A stretch of DNA of 64,000 bases from Octopus vulgaris. Taxonomy: Eukaryota. The DNA is taken from positions 39,060,001-39,124,000 of the forward strand of contig OX597820.1 of NCBI GenBank assembly GCA_951406725.2, given 5' to 3'. Below the pieces are notes generated by a model, which worked only from the letters and a program-made list of their open reading frames with translations, made no database searches and was not told the DNA's origin. The position numbers and the translations under genes were made by a program. Shown here in pieces: positions 24,783 to 38,796 of the stretch (within the stretch, counting starts at the first letter, position 1; every line of letters begins with the position of its first letter).

Positions 24783-26241
24783 ACACGCACATAAAATTGT
24801 ACGTACACGCATACAGACAACGACACGCGTATGTATCACACGCGCTTCCGAATAAATATACATACTCAAGACAGCCGTTTATTTCATTTGCATACTGACT
24901 GCTATGCAGATGCCTTGATATGAACCTGCAACCAAAAAGATTCTCGGGTATGTATCCACCTCAGAATATATGGTGTTGTCTTTGTTGATCAATCTTGTTA
25001 GATGTGTGATTAATTAATATAAGAGTTCGGAATGTGGAACGGCTACCTATCCAGGCCTGGTTGCAAGATGATTCTAACCAAGTGAGTATGTGTTTTACGA
25101 TTGGAATAAAATAAGATTATTCACATGCGGACTTTTAGACGTTGGAGCTAGTTTCATACAATGTTATGAATGAGTATCTATGAACAGGATATTGAGCTCA
25201 GTATGCATGCGTGCTAATCTCTATTCTTCGATAAAATGTCTACGTAGTTTATGAAATAAGCTGATCTATTTCACCTCTAGGTGTGCTCCTATAGAGTATG
25301 AGCTTATATGATCTGATCGGACTATATATAAATACACATATATTCCATCCTCAAAATATAGGGTTGTACCGAGACGATGGGCTATTCACATAAATCATAC
25401 TTCATATTCACACTCTAGATAATTGTAGAAAAATTCTCGGAACGTATGTTTAACTGCATGTGCTTAAATAAAATACGGTAACTATAAATTTGGGTTAAAC
25501 GACTTCTTTAGAGGGACATCTAGTAAAAGAATGCGGTACTTGCAAGACCTTGCACAAATCTGATGAATAACCTATAAATATAAACCCAATGCTATCACTT
25601 TATCCCACTATTATCTTTAAAATCTTCGTAACTAATATATGGAAAAGGAATTCTAATTTTTCATCTTATAAAGATATTTTAATTAGGCATCCCCTTACTA
25701 AGAGTGGTCCATGGCAGATAACGGCTTGTTTTGATGTTTATCAGGCCGATATTTATCTTTTATTTATTTTTTGACTTAGAGATAGTTTTAATAATTTGTG
25801 ATGTAACATGAATGCCATTAATCGCTTTACTACAATCTTCGGTACTACCATTCAGAATTCGAGCATTCATCTTCGACAAAAAGGAAAAAAGAGAAGAAAT
25901 ATTCCGAACTGGATGGCAACTCTTACGCAAACATATCAGTTGATCTAATTACACATGGTTATTAGTTTCTTTTTGTGTAGGGTTTATATCGGTATCAGTA
26001 TTTGACAGGTACTTTGTTTAATCGACACCTAACATTTCAAAGACTAAGTTGCTCTTGGTTCGATTTCAAACCGAAGCGTAAACAATCAAAACAAATATGC
26101 AAAACTTTTTTACCGGAGCGGTATTAATTCTGCTAGCTCACCACAATCAAACAAACAACTGGTACATCGTATTACAGCGTTGTAAAAAGCAGCTAGGATG
26201 CTCCTATATAACCATACTACCAAAAATAAAAATTAAAAAGC

Positions 26242-26272
<31 letters not shown>

Positions 26273-26634
26273 AGACACATATACACACACACCACACACA
26301 CTCGCATATATATATACACATACATGCATACATACATACATACATGCTTACATATATACATAAGTCAACACCAAATGGATATACATACATACATACATAC
26401 ATACATACATACATACATACATACATACATGTGTATGTATGTATGTATGTATGTATGTATGTATGTATGTATGTATGTATGTATGTATGTATGTATGTAT
26501 GTCCAGTTGGTGTTGACTGTCCGAGAAAAGAGTACTCAGTAAGTAACATAGGAGATATTAATAATGTATTTCACTTTGGACGACGAAGTCTCTTCCTACT
26601 CTTAGTCTGGCCTCTGCATATATATGTGAAAATC

Positions 26635-27230
26635 AGAGAGTAGCGAGAGTAATTTTCTTGTAAAAGAAAGGATAGGAAAATATGGCTAAACAAAGAGAAC
26701 AGAACAGGACTGCTAGAGGTATATAAAGAGACCGATACAGAAAAGGTACAGAGAAAAATATGAAGAGAGCGAAAAGGAAACATAGAGAGAGATGTTGAAC
26801 GAATCATACACAGAGAGTGAAAGATGAAGTGATTTAGAGAAGCCGGTAGAAAATTATAGAGAACTTACAGAGAAAACTATATATACAGAGATATGGAATA
26901 ATCGAAGGAGACAGAGAGAGAATGAGATAGGAATCTAACAGTGTGAGAGATAGAATGTGACGAAGGGAGAGATACAATGTCTGAAGCAAAGACAAATTGA
27001 AAAAGAGAGAAAAAGAGAGAGATAGAGAGGGGGAATAACAAAAGAGATAGATAGAGACAATGACACAGAGGGTGAGAAAGTGATGGACAGATAAAGATAG
27101 AGAAAGCGAGGAGTCGTTGATGGAGAGAAAATAACAGATTGAGACAAATAGAGAAAATCTATGAGACATAGATTAAAGACAGACATTGATAGAGATGTAG
27201 ATCGGTTAAAGACGGAGAAATGAAGAAAGA

Positions 27231-27276
<46 letters not shown>

Positions 27277-27450
27277 GTGTGTGTGTTTGTGGAAGTGGAG
27301 AAAGATTCAGCTAGTGAGGAAAACACAGGCAGTAAGACAGGGGGATTGACAGATAGGAGGAAGATAGAGGGAGAGAGAGAGAGAAAGTGATACGAAGAAA
27401 GAAGCATAAAGGAGAGAGACCTTGACAGCGCGATGGGGAGAAGAAGAAAC
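26635..27450. repeat. Degenerate purine-rich (GA) low-complexity tract
   Basis: About 800 bp strongly biased to A/G, with a pure (GA)n run at 27238-27273. Confidence 0.85.
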
Positions 27451-27899
27451 TGAGGACGCTTTTGTGTCAAAGTGTTGAAAGCTTCCATATTTTATATCAC
27501 AAACCAAACAAACATCGCTAAAGAAATATAAGCAAAATATTCTAACAAAATATTGATGCACAGAATGAAATGGGAAGTGAGGAGTCATCATTATATTCGC
27601 TGTTAACGTATTTATAAATTTAATTTGATTATATACAGAAAAATAGCAAAATTAATTAAAATTTTATGGTACATAATTTAGCATTGTCACTCTTGTTCCT
27701 GCACCTGTAATGGTTGTCATTGACGTTGCCAATGTTGGTTTTCTTGTTGTTATTGTAGATTATGGGGTTGATCTTATTAATGTAATGTTATTAAGGTCGA
27801 GGTTAAAGTTTCATGGAATATTGAATTTTAAATTTGTACTTGCTCCTATTTTGTTATAATTTTCCCTCGATGAAATGCAACGTATTTTTTCTTAAGGCA

Positions 27900-28480
27900 A
27901 TGTATTGTACTGTAAATGGATAAAACATTCAACCTGCTGACACATTCACCTACCTCGGCAGCATACTTTCATCAACAGGAAACATCAGCACAATCTCAAA
28001 AGAAGGATCTCAGAACCCATTACTGTCATTAGCAGATATCGGAAAATGCAGACCAATCAACCTCATATTTATGCAGACCAATCACCCTCAAATATAGTGA
28101 ATGTCTATTGCGCAACGCTTCTTACAATCCACTTACATGTCTAAATATTTTATAGGACATTACAAGGATGATTCAGAGATACTTTTACATAGAGTGTCTT
28201 TGCATAGTTCTGCACATTCGTTGGAAGAAATCCATTGACACCGAAGTACTTCAGTAAAACTGAATATGGGTGTGGCAGCTCAAGAGAGTTCAATCAGTTT
28301 GAGAACGCCCTGGGAAGATGGTCAGTCCGTATTAGCGGCAGGCAAGATCATCCTATCACAAATGACTTCACTAAGTACAAATTTGTTAGTAAAAGTGCGA
28401 TATCGGGAGACAAATAGAGTATTCAAGAAGAGTATAAATGTAATTCCAAAAGACTCCAATCAGCATTGTTGATTCATGAG
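27900..28480 (+). mobile_element. Decayed RTE-clade LINE fragment
   Basis: QPADTFTYLGSILSSTGNI (FxYLGS motif) and downstream W..RISGRQD...RYR scraps. Confidence 0.7.
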
Positions 28481-30069
28481 ACCTGCTTTCCTAATACCGA
28501 CAAATTCCACAATCTAATTCTCACTTCATCCTAATGAGTTGGGAGTAAAAGACTCTACATTGAGTCTTGATGGAAGAATATATTGTAAAACAGCAGATTT
28601 TTCAAATATGAACTCCATATTAGACCTTATAGAGTAGATCTATGATCAAATTATCCAATTCTGATTTCCTTTCAAGATATCAATACACGATTTGTGGAAG
28701 GGAAATTTAGCTCCTACTTCCTTCTGAGGGTGGAGCCCATATGGACTGGAATGAATGGCAAGAAGTACAGCTCAGCTGTTTTTTTTTCATTTGCGAACAT
28801 TGTAGTACCAATGTATAAATAGTATGAGAATGTGTATTTTTAATTCTAACATTTCCATGTTATACATTTTCTCAATAGTTTTACTTGGGGAGCTTAGTTT
28901 GTGTAGAAAAATATATAACAAAGTGAACCTTGTTATATTGCCATTGTAATATATGTTACTTCCGTTTCTGTTTCAACTACTGCTGCTACTTCTAGTGTAG
29001 CATTTGTTTGTATCCCAATTATAAAAGCGCTTTGAAGGACACTAAAACTATTATATTCATTTTCTGCAAGAATATTTTTCTCCTCAAACTTTTCTAGAAT
29101 TGCTTGTCAAAATTGATTATAATTGCATTGGCTGGTGTCGTTTATGACACTGAAGCACATATTTTGGAAACAAGCATAATTTCTAGACGAATCAATATGT
29201 CTTAAGATTTTCCCAATATTGATGATGATGATAATAAATTTAAAAACGAAAATCACTTCTTTATTTTGCCACTAGAGAGAAATTACGAAGTCGTTGGAAA
29301 ATACACAAAACTGTCGGTGAAAAAGAGGCAGACAGCAGACATGATAAACAATGATATAGGGAGAAATGAAAAGTTCCAGTAGGAAAACAGTTACCTTGCA
29401 TTACTGCTAGACCGTGGATTTCTCAAACTTTTTCATAATCCTGATTCAAACATTCCCGTAGAAAGTATTACTTCAGTGAAACTTCATCGATATCTGAGTC
29501 TCCACAAGAAAATCATAATTCTTTTAAATACTAACGGCTTCATCATAATATTTTGCAACGGTGGTTTGGCCGAAGACCATTACCAATGTACGCCAACTTG
29601 CTTAGCTAAGTCTTGGCAGGTGTGTACTGCATTCTAGCACCAAAGCACGTCCAGGAATGTTAGTGATGGCCCATAACTATTCAAATGTTAGAATTTCACA
29701 CAATTCATTAGACTTTGGTTGTGTAAAATGAGAGCACACTCTTCTACGATCTGACTGTCTTGTCAAATTTCCCTTTAGATACCTGCTGCTAGGTTACTCT
29801 TCACATATAATTCTGAAGTTGCTGAGTATTTCACAGGCACATGTTTCCTTATTATTATCCACACTGAGAAACAGTGTGGAAAATAATGTTACATAAGAGG
29901 ACATTTAAATTAATATCAGTCAGGCAGGCTACGAAGCATTTTCTGTATACCGATTGCATATACTTTGGATCAATTCGAGGTTATCTTAAAATACATTTTC
30001 CCCAAGATGTTACGCGGTATGATCGAAAGAAGAACGTCATGATTAAGATCAAGTGAAATTGTTAAACAT

Positions 30070-30310
30070 TCGTCTGTGTGTGTTTGTCCGACCTCACTCC
30101 AAACTGTGCTTACGTTGACATTTCTTGAAAGCCAGTACTTTGTTCTTATATTCCGCAGTTATGTGGTTCAACAAATAGACGTGAAGGAAACAGGTAGCAG
30201 ACTTAAGCATAACTATTCGGAACGATTTGATCGGCTATAACTTGTTCAAGGTTGTATCGTTGTAGCCACAATATTTGGATCGAAACGAATAAAAGAATAC
30301 AAGAATAACA
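30070..30310 (+). mobile_element. SINE family A-related degenerate 3' half
   Basis: GTGTGTTTGTCC...GTGGTTCAACAAATAGAC...GAAACGAATAAAAGAATA. Confidence 0.55.
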
Positions 30311-30824
30311 GACATTAAAAAGAACGAAAAATTACAAATACACGAAATAATTAAGTGAAAGAAATTGGTTTCAGCAATGAATTAGTCAGGAGCCGCCGAT
30401 GCAGACTGAAATTTAAATTTCTAAAGGACTTATAAAAAAAAGCATACTAAAACTTAATCGCCTCGTCTCTTCTGGCTGGTTGTGATAGCTTCTACTTCTA
30501 TTAATAAATTAATTTATAACTGTAGCAATATCATTTCTTATTGTAATTAGGCTCGTATATCGTAACTTCATTCAATTTCTTTTTTATTTTATTTTAGTTC
30601 CATGTACATTTATATTTTACTGTGGAAGCTTTTTTTTCGTTTCGATATAATTAAATGCAGTTGTCAAAGTTAGGAAGTGATGTGTCAATTAACTGATGGG
30701 AAGAAATACTGTCTCGCATAATTAGGATTCCAACAATAAATTGCTAAAAGGAAAGGAACAATTTTCGGTGACAGTTGCAACTAAGTAAAATGCTCAATTA
30801 TGTTTCAGTTAAAGTTAAAGTCTA

Positions 30825-30887
<63 letters not shown>

Positions 30888-32659
30888 GATGCTTCTGTTT
30901 TTTCAGTAGCTTAGGAAAAATGTTAGGTGATCTCTAGCTATATCCACATCGCAACTATTGAACGGAGTATGGAATATATATTCTGCAAATACTCAGAACC
31001 GCCATATTGATTTCTTAGATAGACTCGCTACATTTTTCTTCAACAATATTAAAATAAGTTCTTTCCCGAAGGAATTACTAACATACCTGAAGATGGCTTC
31101 CTATGCGAATAAAAACCAGATTGTCATATTAGTTTGTCTGGAAATTACTTCTGCTCTATGTCACTCACCATCTTAGCATTCATACATTGTTAATGAAAAA
31201 TGTGTATTAAAGACACATGTATCATTGAGTTCCACATGAGCAATTCATTCGATCATATATTGATTTCTAACGAAATTCGTTTAACTCATTATAATAATGT
31301 TATTCGAAAACTACGAGTATAGGTGAAGCACATATCTGATTGGAAACGCTGCTATTAACCCCACAATGATAAAAAGGAGTTTTCTTTTGTGAAATTAAGA
31401 TACGTACATTTGTGATACGTATATGAGACGCAATAATTAAATTAACCCATGTCACTCTAGTGTTTTATGTTACTGTAACACATTAGAGAGTTAGATCAGC
31501 ACTCTAGCATGAAAGCAATTACTCGTTTAGTATGTTACTAGAATACATCCTATTAACTCACTACAGACGAGTGAAAAAGGTCATAGTTCGCAAGATTTAT
31601 ATTTAGAATACATGAGACTTGAATAACACAAGTCACTCAAGTGTTGCTATTATTCCGGTACACACGGGAGTTCGATCAGTACTGCAACCTTTAATATTTT
31701 TCAAGAAATATAAAAACAAATAGTTGAGTAATGTTTTATTTCTTCCAAATTAAAAACACCGTCAATATCGGATTTGTATTGGAATTTAGAATATTGTTCT
31801 AGTTGGAGACTTCAGTTTACACGCCTCAGTTCATCGTTACGTTATGATTAGTTAGCATTAATATTCCTTCCTCTACATGAGCCGCTTATCCGTAGGAGTT
31901 TACCACTAACTGCTGTAAAATTTCGAGCAAATCATTGATTTTATGAGTTACTGTTTCTCTTTTGGAGCAGCATAAAAAACTCATTAAAAATTTCTATTGA
32001 TTAGGTGTACTAGGAATTTTATAGAAAAAATACATAATCAATTCATATGAGAGCTGCATTTTAGTGGTGCTTATCTGAACATACCAATGTTTCAATACAA
32101 ATCTAACCGTTTCCAGAATTCTGATCAGAAAAAGGATATATTGAAACGGTTACTATCAGGAAATTCGATCTCGCAATATGTATTGTCTTATCCTTCGTTT
32201 AGAATAATTACTACTCACAGTATATGAAGGAACCGGTAGACAATAACCCGTTAGAAGTAGCAGCCAAATTTGCCTCAAATAGCAATCTACCTCTCTCAAA
32301 ATCAAATTTAGTAGTCCTTGTTGCATTATTTGTAATCTAACAAACAGAACAGTTATGATAAGAATGTCTCTGAACATAGCTCCGTTTGGCCAGTAACAAT
32401 CATTTTTGTGGGGGTAAGTGGCAGTGAATGATTTCATTCTTTTTCTGAATTGTATAATCAGGGCATACCCTTCAATGCCACCCTCCTCCACCATTTTAGA
32501 GTCGAGTTTCACAGTTCTGATGTTTTTTTTCTTCATGTAGATTAAACCAGTAACGCACAATTCAGTTTTGCTCTCATACGAAATGTAAAAAAATTTCGAC
32601 CCTGTTGATAATCGAATCGCATTTCTACAGGTCACAGTTTGTAGGAGTTCGTACTCGGT

Positions 32660-32718
<59 letters not shown>

Positions 32719-33278
32719 GAGCGAGATAGTAGTACATGACATGAAAGTGACACTGGGGTAAAATATACGAAGCCTAGTATATCCATCATGACTAACCATT
32801 TGATGAGGGTGCACCAGTAACATGCATCACAAACATAAGTGCGCGACATAGGGATCTCATATGAAAATAAATAGCGCATGACCTTGCAGGTGGTGCCCAG
32901 TTAGAATTTTCTTCAGAATGTGTATCCTATCCCGCTCGAAAGTTCCCTGAATAAGGACTGTTTAAGGATGATGAAGAAAGCACCTCTGTTTTCAGAGGTG
33001 AATTATCCAAACCCCAAAGAATTCTTCTCAACACATGGCTATGATGCTCCCCCACTACTTTTGCTCGTCATCAGAGATGCACACATTATCAGCCACTAAG
33101 GAACATGCTCAACTGGTTGAGGTCAAACAACTGACAAGCAAATTTGTGGCATTGAGCAGAATATTTGCTGTCGCCCATCTTTTATACCAAGACAAAACAA
33201 TGTACATGATAACACTTCCAATCAGTTAAGATCAGAAGCCATGAGAGTCACTGCCTGGTACTGCATCAGGGCATTTAT
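32719..33278 (-). mobile_element. ~560-bp non-coding element inserted in (ATT)n, copy 1
   Basis: Flanked by (ATT)n on both sides and strongly similar to the adjacent copy at 33378-33800; orientation inferred from a (TAA)n tail on the minus strand. Confidence 0.8.
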
Positions 33279-33290
33279 TATTAATATTAA

Positions 33291-33376
<86 letters not shown>

Positions 33377-33377
33377 T

Positions 33378-33800
33378 GAGTGAGAGAGCAGTTCATGCCA
33401 TCAAAGTGACACTGGGGTAAAATATACGAAGCCCAATATACCCATCATGACTACCCGTCTGATAAGGGCACATGCATCACAACCATATGTGCGCGACATG
33501 GTGATCTCATATCAAGGTAAACAGCGCATGACGTTGCAGGTGGGGCTCAGTTAGAATTTTCTTCAGGTCGAGTAGCCCATCCCGCTAAAAAGGTCCCTGA
33601 ATAAGGTTGTTTAAGGATGTTGAAAGAACCACCCATGTTTCCAGAGGTGAATCATTCAAACCTCAAAGAATCCCTCTCAACACATGGCTATGATGCTCCC
33701 CCACTACATCTGCTCGTGATCAGAGATGCACATATCGTCAGCCACTAAGGGACATGCTCAACTGGTTAAGGTCAAACAACTGACAAGTAAATCTGTGTAT
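33378..33800 (-). mobile_element. Same (ATT)n-associated element, truncated copy 2
   Basis: AAAGTGACACTGGGGTAAAATATACGAAGCC...GGTCAAACAACTGACAAG is shared with copy 1. Confidence 0.8.
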
Positions 33801-34814
33801 TATTATTACTATTATTATTATTATTGGTGGTAGTAGTAGTAGTAGTAGTAGTTGTTGCTGTAGTAGCAGCAGCAGCAATTAATGATGTTGCCGTCCTTAT
33901 TCTTTTTAGCTTCATATCAATTCCTATCGGGCCAAATAGGGTTAAAAAAACACTATACCCCAAACTGTCTGACCTTAATGCATCCTTGCTTATATGAGAC
34001 GATAGACTGTTAATTTGAATAGATTTAAAATTATTTCTATCAGATCAAGAGCTCGTAAAAGGAATCCTTCATTAGTTAGATGCCAAAGGCAAAGTATTCA
34101 TACCACGGTGGTTGGTGTCATGCAATAGACCGATGAAACGCGACAAAGCGCGAGTTGTGTACGCAGAATTCCTTTTAATAAGTTTGTTTCACAATCATGG
34201 CACTTAATGGGATCTTTGTTCGATGATCTCACTACATAGTATCTTGAATACGGGTGTCTTAATATTGCCTCAGGTCAAATCTAGACGTGTAAATTTGGTT
34301 ATATGAATCTGTACGAAACGGGTTGGAAAGTCTTCAGCTGTAATTTAATGATTAAACAACCATGTCACACATTCTGTCATCTTAATTCTCCTCTTAAAGG
34401 ATATTGTGTCTATAGAACGCTCAGTCGCCTACACGCTAAATTAACGAGCAGGTAGTTCAACAGATCATACAATCGAATAAACTTCATCAAAATCGATGGC
34501 CAACCATTTACTTCACTTATAATCTGTCGAGCTTAGTAGAAAAGCAATTGATAAAGCACCAATATTTGGGAAGCAAAGATTGTTTGCGAATTCTATATGA
34601 GACTGTGTTTTGAATAGGTTTCATGAAAGTTGCCAAATCGCCGGTTAGCGAATACATACTTGCTGCTTAGAACGGTTACGTATATAACAACTGTAACGCC
34701 TAGTTTAAGAACAGATTATTTCTGAAATACTGTCATGTGTGACTATTGGAAATTAATTATGTCTTCCTTATCACCTTTTAGTATTATATGTACTCTTTGT
34801 ATTCCTCAACATAA

Positions 34815-34847
<33 letters not shown>

Positions 34848-35562
34848 GTTCAAAATTTTCAGAAAATTTAGGAGTTGCTAAAGTGTCTATCACTAGACTT
34901 AACATGGCATCGATTCAATTTCCAGGGTAGAAAAATAGAGTGACGGAAATAATGATATTGATTTAAATTTCAACTGAAATTATTTTAAATTTAAAACGTT
35001 TAAACAAACAATCAGAATATTTGAATATAATATGCTTCAATGAATTTGTTGGGCTTTATTTTTGCAATAAAATAGTTAACTCATGCTCAACACATACTCT
35101 GAGATGTTTTGATGTTTTCGTATATAGAGTTACATAAATATGATCATAAACACGTAAACACATACCTCACAGAAACACAGACATACAAATGTACGCATTT
35201 ATATACACACACACACCCTCACAGACCCTCATACACATATATATATGTATGTATGTATGTATGTATATATGTATGCATGTATTTATGTATGCGTGTATGT
35301 GTGTATGCATGAATGTGCGTATGATTTTATGTAAGCATGTATGTGTGCACACTTTTATGTATGTATGTAATTATGTATGTATATCAACTTTTACAAGAGA
35401 AATGTTGGCTGTGGTTTCTAACTTATCACTCTGGCTGATGTAGATGAGCAAAATGAATCTTCAAATTCACTGTTTTCCTTTTCTTTTTAAAATCAATAAA
35501 TGTCCCCATAATCATCCCTTTAGCTGAATACCAACATATTATAATATATAAAAAAATAAATA

Positions 35563-35816
35563 ATAAATGCGCCCTTTTAAAGCCTAGCCTTTTAAAACCT
35601 AGCCCGGTTTGCCGGTTTCTATGGCGTATGTGTTCCCCAGCTGGACGTGACGCCAGTCCATCGCAGCGTTGCACATTTTTTCCAGTTGAGTGGACTGGAA
35701 AACGTGAAATGAAATGTTTCGCTCAAGAACACAACGCGTCGCCCGGTCCAGGAATCGAAACCACAATCTTAGGATCATGGTGCTGACTCCCTAACCACTA
35801 TGCCACGCGCCTCCAC
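35563..35816 (-). mobile_element. tRNA-derived SINE family C
   Basis: Minus-strand head GTGGAGGCGCGTGGCATAGTGGTTAGG...GGTTTCGATTCCTGG (A and B boxes), followed by TTGTGTTCTTGAGC and GCGATGGACTGGCGTC; a related head lies at 55640-55775. Confidence 0.85.
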
Positions 35817-36758
35817 ATTATAATATATATACTTGACATAAATAAATATACATTGATAAACGCGCACGTGTGTGTGTGCGTGTGTGCGTGCGTGTGTTTG
35901 TGTGTGTGTAGTGGTGTGACTGCATATGTACGTTCACACATTCTATTGATTCTTAAGTGCGAATTTGTATGAGTCTCATTAGATACAAAAAGCGCTCTCA
36001 GGTTATAAGAATTAGTTGCATACTCATATATGCATATGCTATTATTTATGGAAGGCAGTAATTATTTTACAAACTTTTCACTAGATAGCACATAATGTAT
36101 TCTGTTGTACCAGCGTTAAAATCAGCAGGAACGAAAGTATGTAATTATGGTATTCAGTACAATTAGAATTTTCTGTAGATGCATGAACAGAATCTTCTAT
36201 CCACCGAATATGTTGAACACTTGATAAACACACAGAGACACACATATAGATATTTACACGCTGGTGTGCTTGTGTCATTCAAAATTTCAATAATTCCAAG
36301 TGCATTTATAAACTCTCTAATATGTATGTCTAACTATATGTTTCGGCAGGTGTTTTAAAACGAAGAGAGCGATGCGTCATGAATATTCGTACAGAGTGAC
36401 TGCTGTTTGATCGGTGTTCTGTTAAAGTGCTTTATTCGGGAGTCATAATAGGCAAGCCGTGGAGACTTTCAGGAATATTAATGCTTTCAATTGGAATATT
36501 GTATTGTGATCATGCATATGCTCGTCCTTATCAGCCTTATCAGCTACATGACAACACTAACATGGCGGTTTACAGATATGAGAATAAATGAATTAGAGCT
36601 TGGGTATGTAGAGATCCGTGTGAAGATAAACTTAATATATGTACGTATGTATGTGTTTGTATGCATGTATGTTTGTATGTACTATCTGTGCGCATATTTA
36701 TTTATCTATGTCTACATGCATGCATGGATGAATGTATGTACGTACGTATGTACATAGT

Positions 36759-37076
36759 GATTTACGCGTTCGCCACCACAACCTCGTTTAGGTTTAGCAG
36801 CTCTTCCTCTTTGTGTTACCACTTTTGACTCTCCGCAAAATCCCAAATTTTATTTAATTTGCTTTGTGGGAGCAACTGTTTAATCAAAAGCATATATTGT
36901 TGTTAAATCCTCGAAATACTATAGTTGAAAAACAGCCAACAACTGATGAAGGGTCATTATTTATGCTGTTTGTCTTGTTTTCCATTTGTGTCTTTCGTTG
37001 TTCGAAAAATAGTTCATATTCCATGTACTCATACTTCGTATTTTTTCTCGTTCACGTTCCGTGACGTCCAGTCCAG

Positions 37077-37120
<44 letters not shown>

Positions 37121-37790
37121 GTATAGATGTATGTACATATACGTATATATGTATATGTGTAATATTTATATTATTATATGATTGAGCGTTACGCATCTTA
37201 TTCCAAGTAAGTTTTATCTTAATTCTAATGTGCACTCTATACGATCTTTTTATACTTCCATTTTTCTCTCTTTCTCTCTCTAAATCTTTTACCTCCTCTT
37301 CTCCCACTATTTTGTCCTATTACTCTGTCACTCTCTGTCACTCCCTCCTCCTCCCTTGCTCTCGTGGCTTACACGTGACCATCGGCCACCTTTCTTTCTC
37401 CTCCTAACTTGTGTTACTTTCTTTCACTTCGTTATAGCTGGAACAAGTCTGATTTACGCGTTCATCATCACAACCTCATTTAGGCTTAGCACCCATTCCT
37501 ATTTCTTTTCACTGTCCTGTCTATGTTACCAATTTTGACCCTCCGCAAAATCTCAAATTTCATTTCATTTTCTTTGAGGGAGCAACTGTTTCATCGAAAG
37601 CGTATATTGTTGGTAAATGCCCAAAAATACGAGAGTAGAAAAACAGCCAACAACCGATGAAGGGTCGTTCTTTATGTTGTTTGTCTTGTTTTCCGTTTGT
37701 GTCTTTCATTGTTCGAAAAAATAGTTCATATTGCATATACTCGTACTAGGACTTTTCGTTTCGAGGGGTCCTGTACCCGTATATGTATAT
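36759..37790 (+). mobile_element. Partial tandem duplication of a TA-terminated repeat (copies 36759-37080 and 37451-37790), Penelope pseudo-LTR-like
   Basis: Both copies share GATTTACGCGTTC...CCGCAAAATC...GAGCAACTGTTT...CAGCCAACAAC(T/C)GATGAAGGGTC...GTTCGAAAAA, and each ends in (TA)n. Confidence 0.7.
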
Positions 37791-37893
37791 ATGCATATAT
37801 ATTTATATATATATATACATATATATACCGGAGTAAAGACATAAATGTGAAACAAGGTGGGAAAAAGAGTACTCAAATACCAGGGGTAGAGTA

Positions 37894-38064
37894 ATATGCT
37901 TTATTTAAAAACAGCAGAAATTCAACAAAACCTGTTACTCGGAGTTTCACGTTCCCGTTCGTCGGACAGTTTTGTTAAAATAGAACCGAACAAAACTGTC
38001 CAACGAACGGGAAGTGAAACTCCGAGTAACAGGTTTTGTTGAATTTTTGCTGCTTTTAAATAAA

Positions 38065-38070
<6 letters not shown>
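37894..38070. mobile_element. Fold-back element with ~80-bp arms, each carrying a minimal hammerhead-like motif
   Basis: Arms 37894-37976 and 37989-38070 are reverse complements; flanked by TA-rich tracts. Confidence 0.85.
37932..37969 (-). ncRNA. Minimal type I hammerhead-like motif (core variant CCGACGA)
   Basis: The minus strand reads CTGT CCGACGA ACG-GGAA-CGT GAAA CTCCGAG TA ACAG, with stems I, II and III all paired and a GUA triplet; it has a U4C change. The mirror copy at 37996-38032 (+) is further mutated. Confidence 0.6.
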
Positions 38071-38127
<57 letters not shown>

Positions 38128-38470
38128 TGACCAAAGCCTTGTAAGTGAATTTGGGAGACAGAAACTGGAAGAAGCCCGACGTATATGTATATATATATAT
38201 ATAAATATATATATAAATATATATATATATATGTATGTATATGTGTCTGTGTATGTTTGTGTGTTTTGTTGTTCCTCCAGCATCGCTTGACAACCGATGG
38301 TGGTGTATTTACGACCCCGTAACTTAGCGGTTCGGCAAAAGAGTCCGATAAAATAAGTACTAGGCTTACTAAGAATAAGCTCTTGGGTCGATTTGCTCGA
38401 CTATAAAGGCGGTGCTCCAGCGTGGCCGCAGTTAAGCGACTGAAACAAGTAAAAGAGTAAAAGAGTAAAA
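38128..38470 (+). mobile_element. SINE family A, 5'-truncated
   Basis: GACCAAAGCCTTGT...GGTGCTCCAGC...(AAAAGAGT)n tail. Confidence 0.9.
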
Positions 38471-38694
38471 AAGAGGGTAAAGTACTTTCCTCGCATACAA
38501 TACACTCATGTAGCTCCACTGACAATCCCCTAGAAAACAACTTAATAAAGTTATATAAAGCCAAAACATAATTTAATAAAGCACGGTTTGATGTAAATAA
38601 GGAATATGAAATTTTGAAGCCGTTGCTGATGTTTTCCTTGTTTGCATACAAACATTTACACACACACAAACACACACACATACAAACACACACA

Positions 38695-38796
<102 letters not shown>

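Noticed and set aside
30950-31050. NIYSANTQNRHIDFLDRL, reminiscent of a Tx1/L1 endonuclease
   Set aside because: Too short and diverged to call as a feature.
32156-32635. 159-aa minus-strand ORF in non-microsatellite DNA
   Set aside because: It has no ATG start context, splice support or recognisable domain. EEGGIEG faintly recalls L1/Tx1 EGGLG, so it is at best a decayed LINE.
35740-35816. tRNA gene
   Set aside because: A and B boxes are present but it runs straight into a SINE body, and no complete cloverleaf forms.
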